Shown here in pieces: positions 17,525 through 26,100 of a stretch of DNA of 64,000 bases. The position numbers and the translations under genes are program-made. Under the pieces are notes generated by a model, which made no database searches, had not been told where the DNA came from, and saw only the letters and a list, made by a program, of their open reading frames with translations. The stretch spans positions 8,450 to 72,449 of IMG/VR virus record IMGVR_UViG_3300020048_000106. One strand, 5' to 3'. The first letter of the stretch is position 1; each line of letters starts with the position of its first letter. This stretch comes from a virus. Its lineage: Duplodnaviria; Caudoviricetes.

Positions 17525-18445
17525 ATGAGCGTTGCGAAAGAAATGGCGGCCGAATACCCGGTCGCGAGCGATCTGATGACCGTGCTAGATGCGGGTGGCT
17601 TCCCCAAGGACCAAGACTGGGACGCGGGGACAACTACCTGGACACTTGATGACGGATCGACGCTGACGGTTTGCGGCAATGACGTGACGATCGACGAATC
17701 GGACGTCGAACGGGCCGTCACTCCGATTGAGATCACGAGCGTATCGCAAGCCGAGATCGACAGCGACGGCTACGCGAATTACGAGGTTACGTTCAAAATC
17801 GGCGAACACGAGCGAACCGTGGAAGGCTATTGCCTCTGCGGCTGGTTGAAGCCCGGCGCGAGCGGTGATCTGGACGGCAGCGGATTGGCCCTGTGGGGCG
17901 ATGCCCAGCCCGGTGGCTGGTCCGTTTGCGATGGCGACAGCCAGGGCGGGCGATTGCGGGTAAACGGCTGCGGTAGCGGCTGCGGCTCGAACATCCAAAT
18001 CAGCAACGGCGTGGGTGGGAGCGCTATCAATATCGAGCCGTGGATGGTCCCTGAGTGGTACGAGTCGGTGATGTCCGCCCATTCGCTAGAGAAGGATGAC
18101 GACCTCACGGCTTTCGACATCGCGGCCGAGATCGCCGAGGCGGTTCGCAACGGGATCATCGAGCGGTTGGAGTCGCTTTGCCGGGATTACAAGGTCGATT
18201 GCCCCGAGCCGGATGCGTCCGAGGTTTACGAGTATCTGGACGATCTGGACGGACTGAGCGGAATCGCGGTCAAGGTCGGTGAGTACAAGGGATGCGGGGC
18301 CGTGGTCGCGTGGATCGACGATGATGGGTACGGTTTCGATTGGTGGCCTAACCCGCAATCGTTGTCGGATCGGCTGCTGGCATCGGTTCGCAAAGAGGTC
18401 GAGCAGTACCTAGCCCGCGAGATCGAGCGAATTTCGGAAAACTGA
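17525..18445 (+). CDS. Highly acidic hypothetical protein
   Basis: 306 aa, D/E-rich; GAGGAAA RBS. Confidence 0.75.
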   Translation: MSVAKEMAAEYPVASDLMTVLDAGGFPKDQDWDAGTTTWTLDDGSTLTVCGNDVTIDESDVERAVTPIEITSVSQAEIDSDGYANYEVTFKIGEHERTVEGYCLCGWLKPGASGDLDGSGLALWGDAQPGGWSVCDGDSQGGRLRVNGCGSGCGSNIQISNGVGGSAINIEPWMVPEWYESVMSAHSLEKDDDLTAFDIAAEIAEAVRNGIIERLESLCRDYKVDCPEPDASEVYEYLDDLDGLSGIAVKVGEYKGCGAVVAWIDDDGYGFDWWPNPQSLSDRLLASVRKEVEQYLAREIERISEN

Positions 18446-18505
18446 AAACCGGCTCGCACGTAGAGCCCGGCGCGTCCCCTCGCGCCGGGTGAACGTCTGC
18501 GCCGT
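18446..18505 (+). promoter_or_regulatory. Intergenic long stem-loop C (early-region family)
   Basis: AAACCGGCTCGCACGTAGAG-CCCGGCGCG-TCCCCT-CGCGCCGGG-TGAACGT. Confidence 0.6.
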
Positions 18506-18540
18506 TGCAGTTTTGAACCGTCTCACACAAGGAACCGACA

Positions 18541-18777
18541 ATGCCCAAAAAGACAATGGCCCCCCCGAAGCTGACCGCCGAGCAAATTGAATCGATTCTG
18601 AATCGCGTTGTTCCGCTGATCGCTGCGCCCGAGGATCAAGAGTTTTTCCGTGGCGTGCTGCGGATCAAGGCCGAGGAACTGAGCGCCGCCCGGTTTGCTG
18701 AACTGATGGCGCGGATCATCGCCAAAGCCAGGGAGAAGAACGCCCTTCCGGTTGACACGGTGCCGCCCGTTGCCTAG
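18541..18777 (+). CDS. Hypothetical protein
   Basis: 78 aa; ACACAAGGAA leader. Confidence 0.65.
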   Translation: MPKKTMAPPKLTAEQIESILNRVVPLIAAPEDQEFFRGVLRIKAEELSAARFAELMARIIAKAREKNALPVDTVPPVA

Positions 18778-18823
18778 TCTTTAGTTGACACCTACCCGAA
18801 ACTCGAAACCCGAGGAAACGACC

Positions 18824-19474
18824 ATGAAAGCACTTACTGAGAAGTATCGGCCGAAGACATTCGGCGAAGTAATCGGCCAAGAGAAGGCGATTAAAACGCT
18901 TGAACTGCTGCGATCTCGAACCGGGTTGGGTGGTCGCGCCTACTGGTTGTCGGGTCAGCCCGGCACCGGGAAAACCACGATTGCGAAGCTGATCGCGGCC
19001 GAGTTGTGCGACGATTTTTGCATCGAAGAAATCAACGCATCGACGCTGACCGGGCCGCGGGCCGTGCTGGAACTGGAACGATCGGCGAACCATATTGGCA
19101 TGGGCGAGAAGCGCGGTCGCGCCGTGATAATCAATGAGGCCCACGGACTGCGCAAAGACGTTATCCGAACGCTGTTGGATACGCTGGAGCGGATACCGGA
19201 CCACGCCGTTTGGTTATTTACGACGACCCGCGCCGGCGAGGCGTCGTTGTTCGAGGATTACGACGACGCGAGCCCGCTGCTGTCGCGTTGTACCGTCCTG
19301 CCGCTGGCCCCGTTTGGTAATCGCCAGGCGTTCGCGGAGTTTGCGAAAGCGGTGGCGATGAAAGAGGGGCTGGATGGCAAGCCCCTGACATCGTACGAGA
19401 CGCTTTTGAAGAAGCATTCGAGCAACCTTCGCGCCGCGCTGCAGGATATTGAAGCCGGCGTGATGTGCCTGTAG
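18824..19474 (+). CDS. Clamp-loader-like (DnaX/RFC) AAA+ ATPase, truncated
   Basis: EKYRPKTFGEVIGQ, Walker A GQPGTGKTT, Walker B IINEAH, SRC arginine finger, NLRAALQ; ends at about 216 aa. Confidence 0.88.
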   Translation: MKALTEKYRPKTFGEVIGQEKAIKTLELLRSRTGLGGRAYWLSGQPGTGKTTIAKLIAAELCDDFCIEEINASTLTGPRAVLELERSANHIGMGEKRGRAVIINEAHGLRKDVIRTLLDTLERIPDHAVWLFTTTRAGEASLFEDYDDASPLLSRCTVLPLAPFGNRQAFAEFAKAVAMKEGLDGKPLTSYETLLKKHSSNLRAALQDIEAGVMCL

Positions 19475-19505
19475 TTCTGTCCCTGTCCCTGTTAAGGATT
19501 TTGTC

Positions 19506-19829
19506 ATGCCGAAAGTTACGACGTCCCCCGCCCACGCTGAAGCCCTGCATGAGCTGGCGGTCAAGGTCATGAAGAATTGCATCGCGGCCGGGATCGACCC
19601 GGCTGAGGTTTACCCCTCCCCCGAAGCGTTCAAGGAGATGGTCGCCCACACGCTATTGGAGCAATACATAGCGGCCGGGTTGCCCCCGGATCAAGCGTTC
19701 GATCGCGTATTCGGGCCGGGGCGGTTTGCTGCCCTGACCGAGGAACGGTTGGCGGCCGAAGCTGCAACGGTTGACGCCGTGTCTCGTCCGAGGGCCGTGA
19801 TTGTCCTGACCCTGGTCAAGGCTAAGTAG
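19506..19829 (+). CDS. Hypothetical protein
   Basis: 107 aa; AAGGA RBS. Confidence 0.6.
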   Translation: MPKVTTSPAHAEALHELAVKVMKNCIAAGIDPAEVYPSPEAFKEMVAHTLLEQYIAAGLPPDQAFDRVFGPGRFAALTEERLAAEAATVDAVSRPRAVIVLTLVKAK

Positions 19830-19909
19830 CCCCTGCCTGCCCCCTGCGCCGGCTGATGCTGGCGCGGGGGGATGGTTGGTATTACCTGCCCGACTTCACA
19901 CGAGGAAAC

Positions 19910-20134
19910 ATGATGAGCAAGCCCAAGCCCAAGCTGCTGGGATCGTCCGACACACGCGAGGGGATCGAGGGGATCATCAACCGCTACTACTACTCGACCA
20001 ACTATCGAGTCACTAAGGCGAATGAGATCGTTCGCCAGCAAGACGGCTACGTCCCCAGTAATGTGCGGATCGTGAAGGCCGGATTCCGATTCCGTTTCGA
20101 ACTCCTTCCCGAAACCACCAAGGAAACCAAATGA
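19910..20134 (+). CDS. Hypothetical protein
   Basis: ACACGAGGAAAC leader. Confidence 0.6.
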   Translation: MMSKPKPKLLGSSDTREGIEGIINRYYYSTNYRVTKANEIVRQQDGYVPSNVRIVKAGFRFRFELLPETTKETK

Positions 20135-20340
20135 GCAAGCTGACACCCGAAGTCAAGGCTGAGATCGACGCGATGACATACGAGCAACTGCTGAGACGCT
20201 GGCGGTTTGCCACGCTGGGCAACCCTATGTTTCAAGGCGAGCGCGGATCGTACTTCGCTGACCGCATGTCTGAATTGCGACGCAAGATTGGGCATGACGC
20301 TGCCGTCCAGGCGAGTAAGAACGTGGGGTGGGGATCATGA
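20131..20340 (+). CDS. Small conserved phage protein
   Basis: KAEIDAMTYEQLLRRWRFA..G.PMFQGE.G.YF..RM pattern; coupled. Confidence 0.65.
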   Translation: MSKLTPEVKAEIDAMTYEQLLRRWRFATLGNPMFQGERGSYFADRMSELRRKIGHDAAVQASKNVGWGS

Positions 20341-20630
20341 GCCACTATCACTACCTCAAAATCCGGCACCGCGAGAAGCACGACGGGCGGGCGTTCACGG
20401 TTTATCAAACCCTGACCGCGCCGCGGCGGTTTGTCGCCCGCTGGGATCTGCCCGGCGGCGAGGACAATACCCCAGCAACCGATGACGACTACACCGCGTC
20501 GTCGTTCTGTAAAGCGATCGATGCGCTGCTGCTGGTTAAGGGCGACATGGGGAATCCCATATCGGTCATCAAGCAACCATCAAGCAACGATCAAATAACA
20601 ACCCGCATCCTCCAACCTGAGCTATTTTGA
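20337..20630 (+). CDS. Hypothetical protein
   Basis: ATGA-coupled. Confidence 0.55.
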   Translation: MSHYHYLKIRHREKHDGRAFTVYQTLTAPRRFVARWDLPGGEDNTPATDDDYTASSFCKAIDALLLVKGDMGNPISVIKQPSSNDQITTRILQPELF

Positions 20631-21076
20631 TGCCGACTGAGACCTGCAACTGCGGCTGCGAGTCGCCAGGGGTCCAACGTGTTTGGTCCCCGCTCTTTCG
20701 CAACGCTGACCTCGGCCCTGTGTCGATCTGCGAAGGCCGGGCTGATCTGCTGGCCCCGCGAGCTGAGCAACAAGGCTGGTGGCTCGGCGATGAAGCTGAC
20801 CGGGCGTTCGACCGTGCCAACGTGATTACGCGAACTGATTCCAACGGTTTGTACGAATCGACGCTAGTTGACCTCTTCCGGTTCGGATCGCATTACGGGG
20901 GCGTCCCCCTCGGCCAAGAACTTGAGGACTCGGCGACCGCGATCTACCTTCGAAACGGCGCGGTCTGGGTCGTCACCAACCTGTTCGCCATCGCAATTTA
21001 CGAACTGGGTGCGGCATCCCGCCTTCGGCTCAAAAAATCTCCTGGTTCGGGCTTGCAGAGGGCTGTCTCAACATGA
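20630..21076 (+). CDS. Hypothetical protein
   Basis: TGATG-coupled, 148 aa. Confidence 0.55.
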   Translation: MPTETCNCGCESPGVQRVWSPLFRNADLGPVSICEGRADLLAPRAEQQGWWLGDEADRAFDRANVITRTDSNGLYESTLVDLFRFGSHYGGVPLGQELEDSATAIYLRNGAVWVVTNLFAIAIYELGAASRLRLKKSPGSGLQRAVST

Positions 21077-21591
21077 CCACATTGCTACAATCTGAGCGGG
21101 GGACTACACCACGCTTTAACATGCGACTCGCAACCATCTATCGACTGTCCAGCACACAAGCCAAAAAACTGCTCATCAGCAACAACGAGCTGGTGATCGC
21201 ATTCCCAACGCCCATCGAGCTACCGGATGACTTTCCGGCTGATCGTGTCGTCGGCTTGGCGATGCCCGAGCACTACCAATTCTGTGAACGGGCTGAGTAT
21301 CAAGTGCTTCCCGTGCTGATTCCCGGCCGTTTGGAAGGGGAAAGCCCCACGAAGGGGACGCAAGGCGTCCTCGGTCGAATCTTGAGCCAGGATGAAGCCG
21401 GGAAGCCGCAACCGCGACCGCTCATCTTCGTGGAGTGCATCGTCGGCCGGTTTGTTCCGCCCTCGCGACGGATCATTCCGGCACCGGATGGCTTGATCGC
21501 GTGGGCCGGGAAAGTGTTTCACGACGGTGCGGAAGTGGAGCCGGCTGGCCTTTATCCGCCGCTAGCCTCCGCCGCCGCACCGGCCGATTAA
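21073..21591 (+). CDS. Hypothetical protein
   Basis: 172 aa, ATGA-coupled. Confidence 0.6.
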   Translation: MTTLLQSERGTTPRFNMRLATIYRLSSTQAKKLLISNNELVIAFPTPIELPDDFPADRVVGLAMPEHYQFCERAEYQVLPVLIPGRLEGESPTKGTQGVLGRILSQDEAGKPQPRPLIFVECIVGRFVPPSRRIIPAPDGLIAWAGKVFHDGAEVEPAGLYPPLASAAAPAD

Positions 21592-21634
21592 CACTTGGCT
21601 ATGCGAGCCCGATGCGTCGGACCGCAAAAGAGCG

Positions 21635-21668
21635 TTGAAACTTCTACGGCGAGTCGGCTAGACTCGCC
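21635..21668 (+). promoter_or_regulatory. Sigma70-like promoter overlapped by an 8-bp inverted repeat
   Basis: TTGAAA-18-TAGACT; GGCGAGTC-GGCTA-GACTCGCC covers the -10. Confidence 0.5.
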
Positions 21669-21714
21669 GTTTCTGTTTTCGCGAACACCAACCACCAAAC
21701 ACGGATGTCCACCA

Positions 21715-22068
21715 ATGTCTGCCCATAATCTGCTGGAAGAACTCCTGACCGCTCCGCAACAGCTCGCGCGGACGTACACCGGCCAAGCCATCCGAGCGGA
21801 CCGATCGCCGGCCTATGCCCCGATCATCACCGCCGCCGCCGAAACCCGGACGCTGCCGCGACCCTCGCACGTTGGCCAGCGGCTCACGCTCGCGATGGAA
21901 GTGGATGGCGGCGACTGCGTCATCACGTCGAGCGCGGCCATCAATCCGACTGGCAACACGATCATCACGTTTGACGCGGCGGGCGAAGCGGTCGAACTAC
22001 TGGCGGTGCGGATCGGTGCCGATCTGTTCTGGCGCGTGGTCGTCAATGTTGGCGCGGCGCTGTCGTAA
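21715..22068 (+). CDS. Small beta-rich protein, possibly capsid decoration-like
   Basis: TAAAETRTLP.P...GQRLTL.M..DGGDCVIT...TGNTIITF..AG...WRVV; resembles small virion proteins (recollection). Confidence 0.55.
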   Translation: MSAHNLLEELLTAPQQLARTYTGQAIRADRSPAYAPIITAAAETRTLPRPSHVGQRLTLAMEVDGGDCVITSSAAINPTGNTIITFDAAGEAVELLAVRIGADLFWRVVVNVGAALS

Positions 22069-22095
22069 ATCGACCGTAAAACGACCGTAAAAACT

Positions 22096-22134
22096 AACAG
22101 CCCGCCGGCGTTGTAAACCGGCGGGCTGTTTTCG
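22096..22134. terminator. Intrinsic terminator
   Basis: 13-bp perfect stem AACAGCCCGCCGG/CCGGCGGGCTGTT running into TTTT. Confidence 0.8.
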
Positions 22135-22150
22135 TAATTACTGGCAACGC

Positions 22151-22179
22151 TTGACTCAGTGTCTCTTCTTGACTAGGGT
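22151..22179 (+). promoter_or_regulatory. Sigma70-like promoter for the xis-like gene
   Basis: TTGACT-17-TAGGGT. Confidence 0.45.
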
Positions 22180-22234
22180 TGAAGTTATCGACCCGTTCAC
22201 AACGCGGACCCAACACGAGCAAGAAGTTCGACCC

Positions 22235-22552
22235 ATGGCCACAGCACCACAAATCTTTTCGTTCACGTACAAGGATCTGCAGGAGATCACCGGGCTGACG
22301 AAAGCCGGGGTTTCTCAACACGTAAGCCGGGGCAATCTTCAGGCGTACGACCTCACGAGCGTCGTCGCTTTCATCGCCCGGTACGGCAAGCCCGAGATTC
22401 GACTCGAGATCATGGAGAAGATGATGGGGATCGACCGTCAGGTACTGGAACGCGGGCGCCGGCAATCAACCGTGGGAGTCCCGCGGGAAGGTGGTCGCCT
22501 CCCCGCGGATCCCGCGGTAAAGCCTAAGCGGGCTCGAAAGCCCACGAGATAA
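22235..22552 (+). CDS. HTH DNA-binding protein, excisionase-like
   Basis: FTYKDLQEITGLTKAGVSQHVSRG; close to attP and the integrase. Confidence 0.65.
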   Translation: MATAPQIFSFTYKDLQEITGLTKAGVSQHVSRGNLQAYDLTSVVAFIARYGKPEIRLEIMEKMMGIDRQVLERGRRQSTVGVPREGGRLPADPAVKPKRARKPTR

Positions 22553-22904
22553 TCGGCCGCTGCCCTGGCATTGGCGTCATCTCAACCAATACGTCGGCCA
22601 CGCAAGGCAAATCGACCGGATGATTGCTTGCCAGTGTCTTGCCGGTTAGCATTGAAAGACTGAGCACCAGCGTCATCCACTGCGATGCGTCGCCGTCTAG
22701 CCAGTTTTTTGACCGCGGGCCGGCGACAATCCAGTCGCGGAATCGCTTAATTTTCATCGCATCGGCCATTTCTGGGGCGAAAAATGGCGAATCGAAAACC
22801 GATCCCTCGCCTACCCAGATTTCACCGTCCTGAATATCATCGGCCGAAGCTCGCTGCACCCGCGCGGATCGGACAGAACGATTGGCTGCTAGTGAGCGGC
22901 CCAT
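22524..22904 (-). CDS. Hypothetical protein
   Basis: AAGGA RBS 5 nt before the ATG; convergent with the xis-like gene. Confidence 0.45.
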   Translation of the reverse strand: MGRSLAANRSVRSARVQRASADDIQDGEIWVGEGSVFDSPFFAPEMADAMKIKRFRDWIVAGPRSKNWLDGDASQWMTLVLSLSMLTGKTLASNHPVDLPCVADVLVEMTPMPGQRPIISWAFEPA

Positions 22905-23133
22905 ACCGGTCCTTTAGGTAAGGTTTGTAGTGAAAGGCCTGATGACGATGTCAGGGGATTCACTACAAACATAGAAGGATCCCGCCATTGGTCAACCGAT
23001 GGCGGGTGGATGTTCGGCACGGCTAGCGTGAGCCGGGCCGAATGTCTTTATCGTTAAGGGGAATCCACTTTGCGGATTACCCGTAAAAACGAGACCTTCG
23101 AGACTACATAAGGGCGGATAAAACGGATTTCAA

Positions 23134-23152
23134 GTGGAGCCGAAGGGAGTTG
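23134..23152 (-). other. attP core matching the 3' end of a tRNA-Ala (or tmRNA) gene
   Basis: Reverse complement CAACT-CCCTT-CGGCTCC-AC = T-loop, T-stem 3' strand, acceptor 3' strand with U70 and A73; about 100 bp upstream of the integrase. Confidence 0.72.
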
Positions 23153-23248
23153 CATTGTACGAAACTTTTTTCTGGTTTTTTCCGCCACGGCCCGAGCCGT
23201 GAGGTAAATCACCAATCGACAACTCTTCACACTGGACAGGCACCATCC

Positions 23249-24127
23249 ATGCTCATCAGCGACTACCTTGATTCCGTCTACGTCCCGTCGAGATTGCTCG
23301 ACGCGAGCCCTCACACGGTCCGGTTGTACCGGTTATCCATATCAGCCTTCGCCAAAACGATTGACCGGCCGCCCACTCTCGACGATCTGACGAACGATCT
23401 GATCCGATTGCACCTGGCGAAGCGGATGTCCGCTCGACGCTCCCCAGCCACCGCAAACAAGGACAGAGCCCAGCTGCTCGCTATCTGGCGGCACGCGACG
23501 ACGCACGGGTACAAAACCACATGGCCGGATGTCCGTGAGCTACGCGAGCCCCAGCGGGCTCCTGTGGCGTGGTTGCCCGGCGAATGCGGCGTCCTGCTCG
23601 CCCAGTCGTGCCGCGAGCGAGGGCGGATCGGTGGTGTGCCGGCCGGGCTCTTCTGGAACGCCCTGCTCCTGGTGCTTCTCGATACCGGGGAGCGGATCGG
23701 TGCGGTGATGCAACTGCGGTGGGATTGGTTGAGCCGCGACGGCGGATTCCTCGCAATCCCTGCCGAGGCGAGGAAGGGGCGGACTCGCGACAAAGTGTTC
23801 CGCCTGAGCGACGCTACGGGTGTCGCGATCCAAAAGCTGCGAGAGTATCAACCCGGTCCGCTCGTGTTCGCCTGGCCCCACAACCGGGGATGCCTTTGGC
23901 GGCGGTTTGGGATGGTCCTGTCTCATGCTGGGTTGCCGGCCGATCGGAAGAGCAAGTTCCACCGGTTGCGAAAGACAGTTGCCACCGCAGTCTACGCGGC
24001 GGGTGGTGATGCTCAGCGTGCCCTCGATCACCGGGACGCGCGGACAACCGAATCGTATCTCGACCCGCGCATCACGTCTGACACCCGCACCCCCGAGCAC
24101 GTTCAGGCCTATCGCGACCGGGACTGA
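23249..24127 (+). CDS. int: Tyrosine integrase
   Basis: Core-binding domain (SPATANK) plus catalytic R (TGERIG), HRLR, DH, Y (TTESYLD). Confidence 0.93.
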   Translation: MLISDYLDSVYVPSRLLDASPHTVRLYRLSISAFAKTIDRPPTLDDLTNDLIRLHLAKRMSARRSPATANKDRAQLLAIWRHATTHGYKTTWPDVRELREPQRAPVAWLPGECGVLLAQSCRERGRIGGVPAGLFWNALLLVLLDTGERIGAVMQLRWDWLSRDGGFLAIPAEARKGRTRDKVFRLSDATGVAIQKLREYQPGPLVFAWPHNRGCLWRRFGMVLSHAGLPADRKSKFHRLRKTVATAVYAAGGDAQRALDHRDARTTESYLDPRITSDTRTPEHVQAYRDRD

Positions 24128-24160
24128 CACCCGTCCCCACGCTTGGTAGAAGGGTTCAGT

Positions 24161-24210
24161 CCAGGCGCAACGACTCCCAGACTTTTCAGCCTGGGAGTCG
24201 TGCTGCTTGG
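24161..24210. terminator. Stem-loop between convergent units
   Basis: ACGACTCCCAG/CTGGGAGTCGT 11-bp core, extended by CCAGGC/GCTTGG. Confidence 0.55.
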
Positions 24211-24259
24211 CATAAGGGACGAGCCACGGCAGCAACGGCTTGGTAATCATTTAACGTGC

Positions 24260-24432
24260 TTCCAAGCGGGGCGAACCCTACTCCTACACGCCGGCCTCTT
24301 GACCGCGGGTCGGAGTCGTTAGAGCACACCAGCGGGAACGGTCGGTCACTTGTGCCTCCGATGGCACCCTGCCAACCAACTTGTCGCTGTACCTACTGGC
24401 CTCGGCTTTCCGGGTGGTTGACCCGCTGTGCA
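24260..24432 (-). ncRNA. Candidate structured RNA
   Basis: Nested stems CAGCGGG/CCCGCTG, TCAACC/GGTTGG, GTGCC/GGCAC, ACTCC/GGAGT and a GGG-TTCG-CCC tetraloop hairpin in a gene-free gap. Confidence 0.35.
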
Positions 24433-24465
24433 ATCAGAGCTGTTCGATCAAGCCAGCGGCAATCG

Positions 24466-24717
24466 CTAGCAAAACTGGTCTTCCAATGCCCGGACGGCAT
24501 TTTCGATCCCGGGATTTGAATCGTCTTCGGTTGCTGCTGTGGTCGCCAGCGGGCGCGGATCACATCTCTCGCATTGGCCGGACAGGTTCGATTCGATTGC
24601 TGACAATGGAACTCGCATGGGTGTTCCGCATCGACCGCAAAACTCGCGGTAATACTGGGAGCCTGGAATACGGTCGCCGCGGTGAAGCTCGGCGGCTGGC
24701 TTTTGCTGTGGTTTCAT
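24466..24717 (-). CDS. Small zinc-finger protein
   Basis: CGRCG...CERC. Confidence 0.6.
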   Translation of the reverse strand: MKPQQKPAAELHRGDRIPGSQYYREFCGRCGTPMRVPLSAIESNLSGQCERCDPRPLATTAATEDDSNPGIENAVRALEDQFC

Positions 24718-24805
24718 GGTTTGTAGAAAATTGATTGGTGATGGTTTCGAGATCCACGGGTTGACCCAGCGTGAACACCGAGTCAACCCTGAATCGCGTC
24801 GAGAA

Positions 24806-25645
24806 CTACCGGCCGCAAACGACGCGGATCACATCGTTGCTGACGACGTTGATGGTCCCTTCTTCGGTCAGCCGATCGAAGATTACCTGCAGCTCGGCGG
24901 CGACTGCCTTGGCTGCTTCGTTTACGGCTTTCCAGAGCCCATTCTTGGGCAGGACCAGGGAAATCTTCTGGTTCTTCGTGTCGATCTGCACGATCGCCAT
25001 CGCTTCGCAATCCATGAGACCTGGGATCGGCGTATCCGGCTGGATGACCGGGAACTGGACGGGAACGGCATCGGGTACGTCCTGGCCCGAAGCCTTCGTT
25101 TGCAGTTCGACGGAGCGTCCCATCGATTCCCGCCCGCTACCCTGCACGACCATGGCGGTTCGCGAGGTTTCGGCGAAGTCGATCGATCGCACTTGGTTGA
25201 GCAACGACGGCGGGACGTTCTCAAATAGGTCGCGGCGGACGATCTTGACGAAGTCTGGGATCGTTACGCCGTCTTCGAGCAATGCCATCGCCCTGAACTC
25301 GGGGGTTGGCGAGATGGTCAATTCAATGGCGTCCTCCTGCACTAAGCCAGCCGGATACCCAGTGACCAGGATGTTGCCGGCGTGGCAATCAGCCACCGTG
25401 ATGATCGGCGATGAGACGTTTGGGGTCACCCCGTCCTCGGCTGCCAAGTAGGACTGCATCAGCTTGACAAAGCCCGCAATGTTGTGTGCGGTCATCTTCT
25501 TTGGTGGTCGCGGGATGGGCTTGATGGTGATCGCACCGCCCGGCTCCTGTAGGGCGTAGTGGGTTTTGCCTGGGAGCTCGATTACCTTGGCGTTCTTGGC
25601 CTGGATGGCGAGCTGAACAATCGAGTCGACGAACTGAGATAACAT
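24806..25645 (-). CDS. Conserved phage protein (DUF2303/YfdQ-like, tentative)
   Basis: 279 aa; GRESMGRSVE motif; sits downstream of the 25747 gene as in the common phage gene pair. Confidence 0.6.
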   Translation of the reverse strand: MLSQFVDSIVQLAIQAKNAKVIELPGKTHYALQEPGGAITIKPIPRPPKKMTAHNIAGFVKLMQSYLAAEDGVTPNVSSPIITVADCHAGNILVTGYPAGLVQEDAIELTISPTPEFRAMALLEDGVTIPDFVKIVRRDLFENVPPSLLNQVRSIDFAETSRTAMVVQGSGRESMGRSVELQTKASGQDVPDAVPVQFPVIQPDTPIPGLMDCEAMAIVQIDTKNQKISLVLPKNGLWKAVNEAAKAVAAELQVIFDRLTEEGTINVVSNDVIRVVCGR

Positions 25646-25746
25646 TGGAATGGCCTGATATTTGTGGATGTTGCGCATGGGTAGTTACAGATGGGATATA
25701 GAAGCAAGGCCGGGGCCGAAGCCCCGACCAGAAGTAAGCCGGCCGA

Positions 25747-26100
25747 TTACTCGGCGGCTTCGTACGGCAAGGCGGGCTGCTCGAAATCGTTCGTCTCGGC
25801 CTGGAAAACGAGCTGAGCACCGCCGCCACGAATCAGGCGGGCCCGCATGTTGTAGGCATTCGACCGTCGGTTCGGGACGCTCGACGCGATGTCGAAAGCG
25901 ACCTGGACGTCGGCGAGGGTGCCGCTGTCGTCGCACTGGGGTTTGAGTTCCAGGTTCAAACTGACTTTCCGGGGGCGATTGTCCCCGGGTCGGTCGAGCA
26001 TGTCCTTGATGACGTGCTGCAGCTCGACGGCGAAAGCGACTGCGACCTTGCCGCCGTCGATTTCTTCGATGTTCGCGAGGGATAGACTTTGGATTGACAC
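25747..26100 (-). CDS. Phage 'replication terminator protein'-like family
   Basis: GTG 26100; L..I.GG.....F..EL..VI.D..DRP.D.RPRKV.L.L.LKP pattern. Confidence 0.6.
   Translation of the reverse strand: MSIQSLSLANIEEIDGGKVAVAFAVELQHVIKDMLDRPGDNRPRKVSLNLELKPQCDDSGTLADVQVAFDIASSVPNRRSNAYNMRARLIRGGGAQLVFQAETNDFEQPALPYEAAE

Noticed and set aside
22071-23090. CCGTAAAA motifs (13706, 22074, 22085, 23081) as integrase arm sites
   Set aside because: The motif is short, and the tandem pair lies about 1 kb from the attP core, too far for typical arm sites.
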